The notes under the pieces were generated by a model that did no database searches, was not told the DNA's origin, and saw nothing but the letters and a program-made list of their open reading frames with translations. From Candidatus Micrarchaeia archaeon (lineage in GTDB: Archaea; Micrarchaeota; Micrarchaeia; Anstonellales; J096): a DNA stretch of 51,956 bases. Location of the stretch: NCBI GenBank assembly GCA_041500405.1, contig JBGQMB010000002.1:1-51956 (forward strand), written 5' to 3'. Positions 33,493 through 42,273 of the stretch are shown piece after piece (positions within the stretch are counted from its first letter, which is position 1; each line of letters opens with the position of its first letter). Position numbers and translations under genes: made by a program.

Positions 33493-35001
33493 TCAGCCGC
33501 GGCTGATGCTTACCACTGCGCTGGCCGTGCTGAATCCGCTCATGTCATATATGAAGCTCGTTTCGCTGACAGAGATGCGCGCGTCCGTTGAATCGTCCAC
33601 GCTGACCAGTTTAGAGCCGCCCGGCGCAACCATGACATTGGACACGAAGCTGCCGTCCTCGGCATAGACCGCAAGGATCGCCTCGTGCGGAACATCCATC
33701 GCCATATCAGAGAGGCACGCCTTTGCGAACCCGGCGTCAACGCACTCGTCAAATCCCAATGTCGCTGTCGCAGTCCTGCTTGTCAGCTCTGTTTCTGATA
33801 TCGAGGCCAGGGCCCAGCACAGCGTGCCGTTTATCACGGTCTTGTAAACATGGACGGAGATCGCCTTTGCCCCGTCGTCAATCTCCGCGGTCTCGTATGA
33901 GCCCGGCTTCACCATGATGTTGGTCCTGTCGCGCTCGTCGTCCCTGTTCATGACCTCGAATATGGCCTCATACGGCCTTGAGGCCGCAACGTCCTCGAGC
34001 GATATTCTTCCGTGTTGGGTAAACCTGCTGTCTCCGCAGAACATAAGCAGTGCATTGTAGTCTGCATTGATTGACTTTATTGAGGCTATCGCCCATTCCG
34101 AAGTGTTGGAGCTCACAATCTGCGAAACCAGGATTGAAACTGCCTTGCCGTTGCCCACGTTTATGGTTATGGAGTCGCCTGCATAGGCGGGCGATGAGTA
34201 AATCAGCCTGTCCTGCGAGTCATATGTATGAAATATTGCATGGTATGGGTCGCCGTGGTCTATCCTGTCAAGGCACACTGTGGTGAATTCCAGCTCAACG
34301 CAGTCCCCTGCGTACATCCTGCCGTCAGAGATAGTCGGGCCCGCATCCACATTGGAGTTGGTTACGTATACGACGGCCTGGACATCCGTCCCGTTTATCG
34401 CCGTCTCATACACCTTGACATAGATGGCCCTTCCGTTGCCAAGCGATACTGTCTTGTCCGAACCGAACGTCGGCTCCACCATGATTGTGGAAACCTTCCT
34501 GTTGTTCGAGCCGTATACGCCCAATATGGCCTCGTTTGGATATTCGACAGCGACGTCCTCAAGGCAGACCCTGCCGTACGAAACCGCAAGGCAGTCCCCA
34601 TAATGCAGGAGCCCGCCGCTTGAGTTTGTGCCTGTGATTGTCCTCCTTTCTCTCCCGGAGCCCCCGCCGCGGTCTCCTGTGGACGAGCTTGACGACGCAT
34701 TCGTTGCGTTTGAAACAGTTGTTTTGTTTGTCGCGTTGCCTGAAATGCTTGTTGTATTGGTTGTTATGTTGGCAGGGACCGTGTCGTTTGAAGCGCTGAG
34801 ATTTGACAATGTTCCGTTGTTTTCGGCAGAAACGTTCGTGTCGTTCATCTCAATCGTTATGACCGAGATGTTCGCGGTCACGTTCTGCGCTGTCTCATCA
34901 GTTGCCATTTCAGACATCGTGATGTAGCCGCCCGCCCCCAAAAGGAGCAGGACTCCTGCGACAAGCACCGAAGCCATCACTTCATTTCTCATGCCAAACA
35001 C
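33493..35001 (-). CDS. Surface protein with an N-terminal anchor, a sequon-dense linker and four tandem ~85-aa repeats
   Basis: TM VLVAGVLLLLGAGGY, an N-x-S/T-rich tract, then four repeats; see findings. Confidence 0.65.
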   Translation of the reverse strand: MFGMRNEVMASVLVAGVLLLLGAGGYITMSEMATDETAQNVTANISVITIEMNDTNVSAENNGTLSNLSASNDTVPANITTNTTSISGNATNKTTVSNATNASSSSSTGDRGGGSGRERRTITGTNSSGGLLHYGDCLAVSYGRVCLEDVAVEYPNEAILGVYGSNNRKVSTIMVEPTFGSDKTVSLGNGRAIYVKVYETAINGTDVQAVVYVTNSNVDAGPTISDGRMYAGDCVELEFTTVCLDRIDHGDPYHAIFHTYDSQDRLIYSSPAYAGDSITINVGNGKAVSILVSQIVSSNTSEWAIASIKSINADYNALLMFCGDSRFTQHGRISLEDVAASRPYEAIFEVMNRDDERDRTNIMVKPGSYETAEIDDGAKAISVHVYKTVINGTLCWALASISETELTSRTATATLGFDECVDAGFAKACLSDMAMDVPHEAILAVYAEDGSFVSNVMVAPGGSKLVSVDDSTDARISVSETSFIYDMSGFSTASAVVSISRG

Positions 35002-35015
35002 CTTTTTGCCTGAAA

Positions 35016-36476
35016 TCAGCGCATTGCGCGCTGGCCAAGGGCGTGCATGCCTTCAACAGATATCACGTACTTCCCTGTGGCCAAACCTATCCTGGAAAGG
35101 TCCACTATCGCCCTGCTTCCGTTGCACGGAAGGGACGCGACAAGCCTTCCCTGGATGTTGTACACGCTGACCGTGTGCGCGCCCGGCTTTGCAAACACGA
35201 GGCTGTACCTGCCCTGCGAAAGCGGGATTATCCTGTCCATCTGCGTCGCGGCAATCCCGCCTCTCGGCTTGACAGACACGGGCTCCTCGCCCTCTGTGTT
35301 GACTGTTGCATACGCCGAGCCCCTGCCTATGGCAAGCTCCATCACAGTGAACTTTATCGTCCTGCCGGAGCTGCCGAGGAATGTGATTCTCTGGCCAACA
35401 ACAGCCTCAACCGTGTCCCCGTTTATTTCAAAGACTGCGACCGAGTCGTGCGCGCCAATGAGCCTCATCGTGCCTATTGCAGAGTCCACGACTGTTTGGC
35501 CAAGCGCGAAAACCGAGGCGTTCTGGATTCTTTCTATGACAAGGTCCACGGACACAGAGTCGCCAACCTGCGTCGCGCTCTTCGCTGTTATTGATATGCC
35601 TGTGTTCGTTGAAGTGTCTATAATTGACACTGGCTTGTTGATTTCCAGGGCCTGGGCAAGGCTCCTGTCTCCAGTCCGCACTGTTGCAAGAATGACATCC
35701 CTTGTGCCTGTTGAATCGGTTATCTGGCTTAGGCTGTCGATGGATATCCTGTATCCATACATGTTGACAGGCGGCATTTCGCTGTTGATTATCTGCACCG
35801 TGCTTATCTGCGAAACCTGAAGCTCGATAGAGGACAGCGCCGGGTTTGTCTCCGCAGCCCTTATGAGTATTGCAGTTCCGGGAACCGTGTCCAGCAGAAC
35901 AGACTTTGATTCCCCGGCGCCCAGCTCTATTATGGACGTTCCCCTCGCGGTCCGCACAGAAAGTATTGCGCTGTAGCTCCCGTTCAGATTTTGGACATTG
36001 GAGAAGTCAAGCGCCGTTATCGTGGCGCCGAGCGTATCCTTTGTCTGTCCCTGCGTGAGCCTGAATGTCGTGTCCGGGCCGGTTATTGCGGCCGTGTCGA
36101 ACGTGAACCAGGTGCTCCTGGCTCCGACCGTTGCCTTTACGAATATGATATTGGTGTTGTCGATTATTGTCGAGTCGCCTTCCCTCATCGACATCGCAGT
36201 GTCAGGTCCTGCGCTTGGATTGATGTTGAGAAGCACGCCGTATTTTCCGGACTCCCTTGCAAGCAGCGAATCGGGGCTTACTATAGTCCCTTTGCTTGTC
36301 GTGAAGGCCTGGCCCTTCTGCAGAAGAAGCTCTGTAGCCGTCGCAACAAATGCTGTGGATAACACTGTTAAGGCGGCTGCCCTGAAATAATGAAGCGCCC
36401 TTTTCGACGCTGTTTTGAGCGATTTGCTAACCGCAGGCCTGCTGCCTGCAACGATAGATTCATTTAACCCTGCCAT
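35016..36476 (-). CDS. Surface protein with a C-terminal T9SS-type (Por_Secre_tail / FlgD-Ig-like) domain
   Basis: N-terminal signal-anchor AAALTVLSTAFVATA. The C-terminal YSLVFAKPGAHTVSVYNIQGRLVASLPCNGSRAIVDLSRIGLATGKYVISVEG resembles the bacterial T9SS C-terminal sorting domain. Confidence 0.6.
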   Translation of the reverse strand: MAGLNESIVAGSRPAVSKSLKTASKRALHYFRAAALTVLSTAFVATATELLLQKGQAFTTSKGTIVSPDSLLARESGKYGVLLNINPSAGPDTAMSMREGDSTIIDNTNIIFVKATVGARSTWFTFDTAAITGPDTTFRLTQGQTKDTLGATITALDFSNVQNLNGSYSAILSVRTARGTSIIELGAGESKSVLLDTVPGTAILIRAAETNPALSSIELQVSQISTVQIINSEMPPVNMYGYRISIDSLSQITDSTGTRDVILATVRTGDRSLAQALEINKPVSIIDTSTNTGISITAKSATQVGDSVSVDLVIERIQNASVFALGQTVVDSAIGTMRLIGAHDSVAVFEINGDTVEAVVGQRITFLGSSGRTIKFTVMELAIGRGSAYATVNTEGEEPVSVKPRGGIAATQMDRIIPLSQGRYSLVFAKPGAHTVSVYNIQGRLVASLPCNGSRAIVDLSRIGLATGKYVISVEGMHALGQRAMR

Positions 36477-36554
36477 ACCATGTCTTTTGATAATAAGGTT
36501 TTTAAAAGTGTGCGGAATTGTTAGTCAGATTAAAGGCCTCCGTCGGCAAAAGGA

Positions 36555-37133
36555 TTACCGCTTCTTCGCCAGTTCGTAGGTGCCCAAAAGGAAAACCGCT
36601 ATCCCAAGGCCTAGAACGGCATATGCCAGCATCGAGCTTGGCTCCTGCTGGACAGCGGACGATGCAGCATCGGAAACTGACTTTGCGAGCGTTTCGTTTG
36701 TAGTTTCCATTGTTGCGCCGAGCATGGGCGTCGCCCCGCTTTCCCGCGCGCCTGCAACAAAATATCCGGGAAGCTGCGTTGGCAGCAGCGAAAACCAGGA
36801 GAATGCCATGAACAGAAGCCCTATCGCAAGAAACAGCATCGCCCTGACAGGGATGCCTGGCTTTGGCGCCGCAAGCTTCCTTCCTGTGCCGGTAAGCTCG
36901 TAGTATTTCCATTTCCTGCCTTCGTCAATCTTTTCCACAAGGCCTGCGGAACACAGCTGGTCCATATGCTCTATAATAGTGGGGGATGAAAGGCCTAGCT
37001 CCGCGGCGAGCTGGCTCTGGGTTTTCCTGCCGTCGGCAAGGGACTTGAGGATAAGTATCCTGCTTTCTGCTCCTATGGCCTTCAGCAGGGCCCGGTTTAT
37101 CACTATGTCCTCGTCCATCTCAGTCCATCCCAT
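36555..37133 (-). CDS. ArsR-family wHTH regulator with C-terminal membrane helices
   Basis: LKAIGAESRILILKSLADGRKTQSQLAAELGLSSPTIIEHMDQLCSAGLVEK...WKYYELT, followed by two hydrophobic helices. The start is at 37133 or 37118; the ORF-track start at 37340 lies inside the upstream gene. Confidence 0.75.
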   Translation of the reverse strand: MGWTEMDEDIVINRALLKAIGAESRILILKSLADGRKTQSQLAAELGLSSPTIIEHMDQLCSAGLVEKIDEGRKWKYYELTGTGRKLAAPKPGIPVRAMLFLAIGLLFMAFSWFSLLPTQLPGYFVAGARESGATPMLGATMETTNETLAKSVSDAASSAVQQEPSSMLAYAVLGLGIAVFLLGTYELAKKR

Positions 37134-37992
37134 ATGAAACCGAGACTGACGCATAAACGTCAACCTGGCCCGGCGAAATCGGGGTCGCCTGCGCGCTGGA
37201 AACGCCAATCGCGTCCCTGTAATTGGACTGATACGTTGGATAATAATAGTATCCGGAGCTTGCAGAAAGCGGCTTTCCGAGCGTCGCGCCCAGGCCAGAG
37301 GCGATCTTCTGGGCCTTTGCCTTTGCGGCGCCGGACGCATCCTGAATCAGCGCAAGCTCAACCGAATCCCTTGTTGAATCCTTCAGCGAAAACTGGATGG
37401 AGTCCACCGTGTCGGCGCCCGACGAGATTATTAAATCCGTAATTGCGCCGCCGCTGCTCATGTTGTATATCCTGGCTGATACGCTATGTACGGTCCTGTA
37501 TCCTGAAAGCGTCTGATTGTATGACCTGATTTTGTCGTCGCAAAAGGTGCCGTCGTCCGGGCAGACCCATTCGCTGACATATTCGGGGTAAATGTTATAG
37601 CTGATTGTTTCGATGTCCCCGTCCTTTATTCCGGAACTGATGAGCGCATCCTTCACGCCGGACATCCTTGCCGCGTTCTCCGCCTGCGACGCCTTTGCCG
37701 TGCCATTGAGCGTGCTGACAGAGAAGCTTATTACCATCACGTCCGGCTGGACGCTCCTTTTTGCGTCGCCGTAGACGTCAATGTGGTTTGGGGCCTGGCT
37801 GCCGGTGATGTTGGCCAGGTTTATCACCATGCCTGTTCCCGCGATTGAATTTATCGCAAAAAACAGCAGCGCGCCCGCGACTATTATCATAATGGCGAAG
37901 ACTACCGCATTGTGCTTGGAGCCGCAGCAAACGCCCTTACATGCATTATCGTCAGACATCATAACACCTGGAAATGATTGGATGCGCATCAT
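37120..37992 (-). CDS. SIMPL/DUF541 domain membrane-anchored protein
   Basis: TM AVVFAIMIIVAGALLFFAI, then the DUF541-like pattern (IDVYGDAKRSVQPD...ISFSV...AKASQAENA...V.DALISSGI....IET..YNIYPEY ... VDVYASVSVSY). The start may be 37962. Confidence 0.72.
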   Translation of the reverse strand: MMRIQSFPGVMMSDDNACKGVCCGSKHNAVVFAIMIIVAGALLFFAINSIAGTGMVINLANITGSQAPNHIDVYGDAKRSVQPDVMVISFSVSTLNGTAKASQAENAARMSGVKDALISSGIKDGDIETISYNIYPEYVSEWVCPDDGTFCDDKIRSYNQTLSGYRTVHSVSARIYNMSSGGAITDLIISSGADTVDSIQFSLKDSTRDSVELALIQDASGAAKAKAQKIASGLGATLGKPLSASSGYYYYPTYQSNYRDAIGVSSAQATPISPGQVDVYASVSVSYGMD

Positions 37993-38134
37993 ATAAAAAT
38001 CAAACGGAAATTGTTAGGCAAGGCCCTTTCTTTTGCTAAAGAAAGCGCCTGCGGAAAGAAAAGCTAGGGAGGACCCTTGGGGCCTGCGGGCGCAACCAGC
38101 ACGTTATTTAAGCATGATGATGCAGACTTTTTGC

Positions 38135-39307
38135 ATGCCTGAGCAACCGAAGTCCGGAATGGACGGAAACAACATAAAGCTGATGGGAACAACTAGCATG
38201 CTCAACGACGCGGGCAGCGAAATGGTGGCGCCCATTCTTCCGTTGTTCATGGCCTCGCTTGGCGCTGACGGATTCGTAATAGGCGTGCTTGGCGGCGTGA
38301 GGGACGCCCTGTCAAGCCTCCTTAGCATCCACTTCGGAAGGCTGTCCGACAAGGTCGGAAAAAGGAAGCCATTCGTGTTCGCAGGATATCTCATAAACGG
38401 GCTGTTCAAGTTCATGCTGTTCCTTTCGGCAACATGGCCGATTGCATTCTTTTGCTCTGCGCTGGAAAGGATGTCAAAGGCAGTGAGGAACGCCCCAAGG
38501 GACGCGCTAATCTCAGACTCCGTTTCAAGGGACCATCTTGGCAGGGGGTTCGGATTGCACAGGACGATGGACACGCTCGGGGCGGTGATGGGCTCCGCGA
38601 TTGCGCTGGGGCTTGTGTATTACGCCAGCATGGACTTCCGCACTATAATACTGATAGCGTCCGCGCTGGCTTTCGTTTCCGTCATACCGCTGTTTTTCGT
38701 GAAGGAGGGAAAACCAACAACCAAGCTGAACAAAAATGGGAAAAAGCTGGAAAATGAAATGCTTAATGGCCTGATAAACATAATATCGATTTTCTCGCTG
38801 GGAAGCATAAGCTACATGTTCCTGATATTGAAGGCCCAGGAAATATTCCCCGAGGGCCTGAAGGTGGTCGGCCCGATGGCGCTGTATATCCTGTTCAACG
38901 TGGCGTATGCGGCCCTTGCAATACCGTTCGGAAGGTTCGCGGACAGGTTCGGAAAGAAAAGGACGCTCGACATAGGGTATCTGCTGCTTTTCCTCACGAT
39001 GCTGGGGCTTGTTTTCGCAAACTCCATATTGTTTTGCGCGGTCATGTTCGTGCTTTTCGGCGCGGCTTACGCGATAATAGAGACCGAACAGTCTGCTGTC
39101 GTGTCATCGATGTCCGAAGACCACGAAAGAGGGACCGCGCTCGGAAAGTATTACACAAAGATGAGCATAAGCAAGCTGATTGGGAGCAGCGTTGCAGGGT
39201 TCGCATGGACCATAAGCCCCATATACACATTCGTGTACGCATCCGCGTTCACTGCGGCCGGCGCGATTATGCTTTTCAGGTTCAGGCGCCCAACAAAGAA
39301 GGTTTGA
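38135..39307 (+). CDS. Major facilitator superfamily transporter
   Basis: About 12 hydrophobic helices and MFS loop motifs (GRLSDKVGKRKP; GRFADRFGKKR). The start is uncertain. ATG 38135 lies ~27 nt from the A/T box TTATTTAA (38104-38111); ATG 38114 and 38159 are alternatives. Confidence 0.8.
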   Translation: MPEQPKSGMDGNNIKLMGTTSMLNDAGSEMVAPILPLFMASLGADGFVIGVLGGVRDALSSLLSIHFGRLSDKVGKRKPFVFAGYLINGLFKFMLFLSATWPIAFFCSALERMSKAVRNAPRDALISDSVSRDHLGRGFGLHRTMDTLGAVMGSAIALGLVYYASMDFRTIILIASALAFVSVIPLFFVKEGKPTTKLNKNGKKLENEMLNGLINIISIFSLGSISYMFLILKAQEIFPEGLKVVGPMALYILFNVAYAALAIPFGRFADRFGKKRTLDIGYLLLFLTMLGLVFANSILFCAVMFVLFGAAYAIIETEQSAVVSSMSEDHERGTALGKYYTKMSISKLIGSSVAGFAWTISPIYTFVYASAFTAAGAIMLFRFRRPTKKV

Positions 39308-39310
39308 CCT

Positions 39311-40255
39311 ATGCTTGACGTGGGAAAGGCGGTTTCGGAAATAAGCAGCATGCATTTCGGGAAGGCGGAAAAGGCCGCGGAATCATTCCACCAAAAGGCA
39401 AGGCAGGTTCTTGGCAGCGATTGCATAAGGCGCCTTGAGCCAAATGCAAAAGCAACGATTAACATTTGCGCATCCGACAGCGGGTTCGCGGAAATCGGAT
39501 TATCCGGCGCGTCATTCCTTTTCGCAAAAACGATAGGCGTTTTTTTTGAATATGAAAACGGAAAGCTGAAAAACAACAAATACTTTCCGTCAAAATCAGG
39601 CAAAACGGCGTACTGGGTGCTGGACGCCGCGGACGACGCGGAGTCATATGCAATGAGGGACATAAGGAGGCTGAAGGAAGAATGGTCCGCGCTTCTCGGG
39701 ATGGTTGAAAAGGAGAAATGCGGCATTGCGCTTTTTGACGGCTCGCTTGTTCCGCTTCCGTCATCCATTCCTGCAAAGGGCAGCCCGCTGCACAGGGAAT
39801 TTTCCGGGCTCATGGAAATCCGCGAAAAAGCGAGGAAAATTGCGGAAAAGAGCGGAACGCGCATTGTTGGGGTTGTGAAAGACTCTAGAAGCAGGCGCCT
39901 TTGCAGCCTGCTTGGCATTGACGCAAGCGACATGCTCACGCTTGGAAAGGCGCTTCCTGAAAATTCCGCAACAAAGCCGCTGCAGCATTCAGATTCCGTA
40001 AATGACGTTTTGTTTTCATACATCAAAATCGGAAAGGACATTCCGCTCAGGATAGAATGGTTCTCCGAATCCGCGGAGCCTTTGAATGACATTCACTCGC
40101 TTTGCCTGATTTCCGGATACGGTTATCCGCCCCCGCTTGTGGAGGCGGACATAAGGTCCATGATAAGGCGCCAGGAATATGTGATGATGGAAAGGGCCAT
40201 TGTGTCCAGGTTTCCCAATTTGGCCAGAAGAAGGGAAAAGAGGCCTTTCAGGTAG
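39311..40255 (+). CDS. nurA: NurA-domain 5'-3' nuclease
   Basis: ICASDSG, IALFDGSL, IVGVVKDSRS, and GYGYPPPLVEADIRS match the conserved NurA blocks. No herA is adjacent. Confidence 0.78.
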   Translation: MLDVGKAVSEISSMHFGKAEKAAESFHQKARQVLGSDCIRRLEPNAKATINICASDSGFAEIGLSGASFLFAKTIGVFFEYENGKLKNNKYFPSKSGKTAYWVLDAADDAESYAMRDIRRLKEEWSALLGMVEKEKCGIALFDGSLVPLPSSIPAKGSPLHREFSGLMEIREKARKIAEKSGTRIVGVVKDSRSRRLCSLLGIDASDMLTLGKALPENSATKPLQHSDSVNDVLFSYIKIGKDIPLRIEWFSESAEPLNDIHSLCLISGYGYPPPLVEADIRSMIRRQEYVMMERAIVSRFPNLARRREKRPFR

Positions 40256-40397
40256 CGTTTTTGCTGCAAAAACGCCAAAATAGATACATTCAAAAAGGAC
40301 CACTGATTACAACTGTGAGTTATAATAACAGATTATGGAAACATTTATAAATAAGACGAAGCTAAACGTATATAGGAATTGATTTAAAGGTGGGACC

Positions 40398-41123
40398 ATG
40401 GGAAGGCGAAAGGCGATCGTCATTGACAAGGTAATTTCTGATGAAATGGTGGAAAGGTACAACAACCTTGACTCCGAAAGGATGTACACTGACAAAAGCA
40501 ACAGGCTTGCGTCAATCATGTCTTCTGTCGGCAAGATTGCGAAGGAAGCCGACAAGGTCTATAGGCAATCCGGAACCAAGAGCAGCGAATTCAAGTCCAT
40601 GGGCCTGCTGCCGATAAAAGAGGCTTACTCATACCTGAAGTCAAGGGGATACGACATCATGTTCAGGGCCTTTGGCGGAAGGGTCGAAAGGGGAACAATC
40701 CCATCATACAAGTTCGGAAAGAAAAGGTTCATACCGATGCAATTTTTGGAGGAGACCCTTGCAACAAAGGGCAACTTCTACAACATAAGGGAGGCTTACG
40801 ACGCGTACAGGAAGTACGAGCCGGATGTCGAGCTCAGGGCGTTCGTGGGACGGATTGAGAAAAGGGTAATCCCGTCAATAAAGGTCGGCTTCAGGAGGTA
40901 CATACCCAAGGAAGCGATAGACAGCCTTATCCACGTGAGCAAGAACTACCACAGCGTTGCAGAAGCGATTCAGAAGATGCATTCCAGCAACATAAAGATA
41001 AGGAAGAACACCTTTGAAAGGAGGCTGGACAGGGGCAGGATCCCGTTCATAAAGATTGGCGGAAAGAGGTATATCCATTCCGAAATCCTGGGCGAGGTCA
41101 TAGAGAAGGAGAAGAAGCTCTGA
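40398..41123 (+). CDS. Protein with three tandem excisionase/MerR-type HTH (HTH_17-like) repeats
   Basis: Three ~50-aa repeats at 57-aa spacing (aa 71-120, 128-177, 185-234), each ending in the ...R.E/D.G.IP..K.G..R.I... wing pattern. An A/T box CATTTATAAATAAG lies ~45 nt upstream. Confidence 0.7.
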   Translation: MGRRKAIVIDKVISDEMVERYNNLDSERMYTDKSNRLASIMSSVGKIAKEADKVYRQSGTKSSEFKSMGLLPIKEAYSYLKSRGYDIMFRAFGGRVERGTIPSYKFGKKRFIPMQFLEETLATKGNFYNIREAYDAYRKYEPDVELRAFVGRIEKRVIPSIKVGFRRYIPKEAIDSLIHVSKNYHSVAEAIQKMHSSNIKIRKNTFERRLDRGRIPFIKIGGKRYIHSEILGEVIEKEKKL

Positions 41124-41183
41124 GCTGCATTGCTTGCGCAATTCCCGTCTAATTCACTGGCATAGCCACAGCGCGCAAAATGC

Positions 41184-41222
41184 CGGTTTTTCCCTGGGCT
41201 TTTTTTGAAAAAGCCCAAAAAG
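41184..41222. repeat. Conserved palindromic intergenic element, copy 2
   Basis: CGGTTTTTCCCTGGGCTTTTTTTGAAAAAGCCCAAAAAG; compare 7428-7465. It is followed by the A/T box CTTTTTATTAG (41228-41238) and an ATG at 41258. Confidence 0.8.
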
Positions 41223-41257
41223 CAAAACTTTTTATTAGACGACGCTTATATAGAAGC

Positions 41258-41638
41258 ATGCTTGAAAAAACCCGCGAAGAAGAGGTGGAAAAGCTGTCTT
41301 CCCTGGATTGGAGCGTGCTCATCCCGAAGGTTGAGGTCGCGCTTGACAGGATAAGGCACAACAACATGCAGCTTGGCGATGAGGCCAAGAAAATCGAGAA
41401 GCAAATCGGGTTCGTCAAGCAGCTTGCGCGGGAATATTCCAAGTCAAACCCCCATTTTGAGAATACGCCTTTCAGGAAGGAGATTGACAACTTTCTTGAG
41501 AAGCTTGAGGGAAAGGCGCAGAACATCAACAGGATAAAGGACGAGGGCGACACTGCGAGCCTTCTGCTGCTTGCCCTGCTCTCCAAGGTAAAGAAGGAGA
41601 TAAAGCACAGGGACATAGTCAAGTTCAAGGATGAGTAG
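41258..41638 (+). CDS. Hypothetical coiled-coil protein
   Basis: The start is moved to MLEKTREEE because the ORF-track start at 41180 would translate the conserved intergenic element. The product is charged and helical. Confidence 0.5.
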   Translation: MLEKTREEEVEKLSSLDWSVLIPKVEVALDRIRHNNMQLGDEAKKIEKQIGFVKQLAREYSKSNPHFENTPFRKEIDNFLEKLEGKAQNINRIKDEGDTASLLLLALLSKVKKEIKHRDIVKFKDE

Positions 41639-42247
41639 ATGATAATACTTGACAGCCCGAGGCTGGAGGTCAGGGGAAACTTCGCCTTTGTCGACGGGAA
41701 GCTTGTCAAGGGGATAATGCACTACAGCATATCCGATGTCTGGGGCAGCTACATTGAGGAAGCAAAAGGCATAAGCAGGCCCGCCTATTCGGTCACAACA
41801 ATACAATACAACTCAAGGAACTTCGACATTTTCGTGATTCCGTACAAGGAGGTCGGCCCATATTATACCAAGACAATCCCGCACAGGGCGAACTACTCCG
41901 AATATTACCAGGTGCTTTGGGGAAACCCGCTTTTCGAGGTCTGGAAGGACAATGAGGAGGACGGGACCGTTTCCGTGCGAAAAGGGGCAAAAAGACCGAT
42001 AAGCACGATAATGGTGAATAGCAAGGAGCGCATGACCATGTTCAACCAGGGCCACGAGACCGCCGTTGTCCTTGGCTACACGTCCGGCAACCGCGAGGAC
42101 CGCAGCGCGAAGGAGCCGATAATGATGGGGCCCAATGCCATTGAGATGAACTCGGCAACGCTGATGAAAAAGCAGGAAAGCCTTGAGAACGAGAACCTCA
42201 ACCTCCTGGCGCTTCTGCAAAAGGCGTGCAAAAACCTTCTCCGGTAA
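41639..42247 (+). CDS. Hypothetical protein (beta-rich, possibly cupin-like)
   Basis: The ATG immediately follows the upstream TAG. The only weak cue is IPHRANYSEYYQVLWGNPLFEVW. Confidence 0.5.
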   Translation: MIILDSPRLEVRGNFAFVDGKLVKGIMHYSISDVWGSYIEEAKGISRPAYSVTTIQYNSRNFDIFVIPYKEVGPYYTKTIPHRANYSEYYQVLWGNPLFEVWKDNEEDGTVSVRKGAKRPISTIMVNSKERMTMFNQGHETAVVLGYTSGNREDRSAKEPIMMGPNAIEMNSATLMKKQESLENENLNLLALLQKACKNLLR

Positions 42248-42273
42248 AAGCCCATCCCAACAGCAATCGCTTG

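Noticed and set aside
38113-38141. A possible C/D-box sRNA (ATGATGA ... CTGA). A similar ATGATGA occurs at 42280.
   Set aside because: The C and D boxes are only ~18 nt apart, with no C'/D' pair or terminal stem. The sequences coincide with candidate start codons or the IS end.
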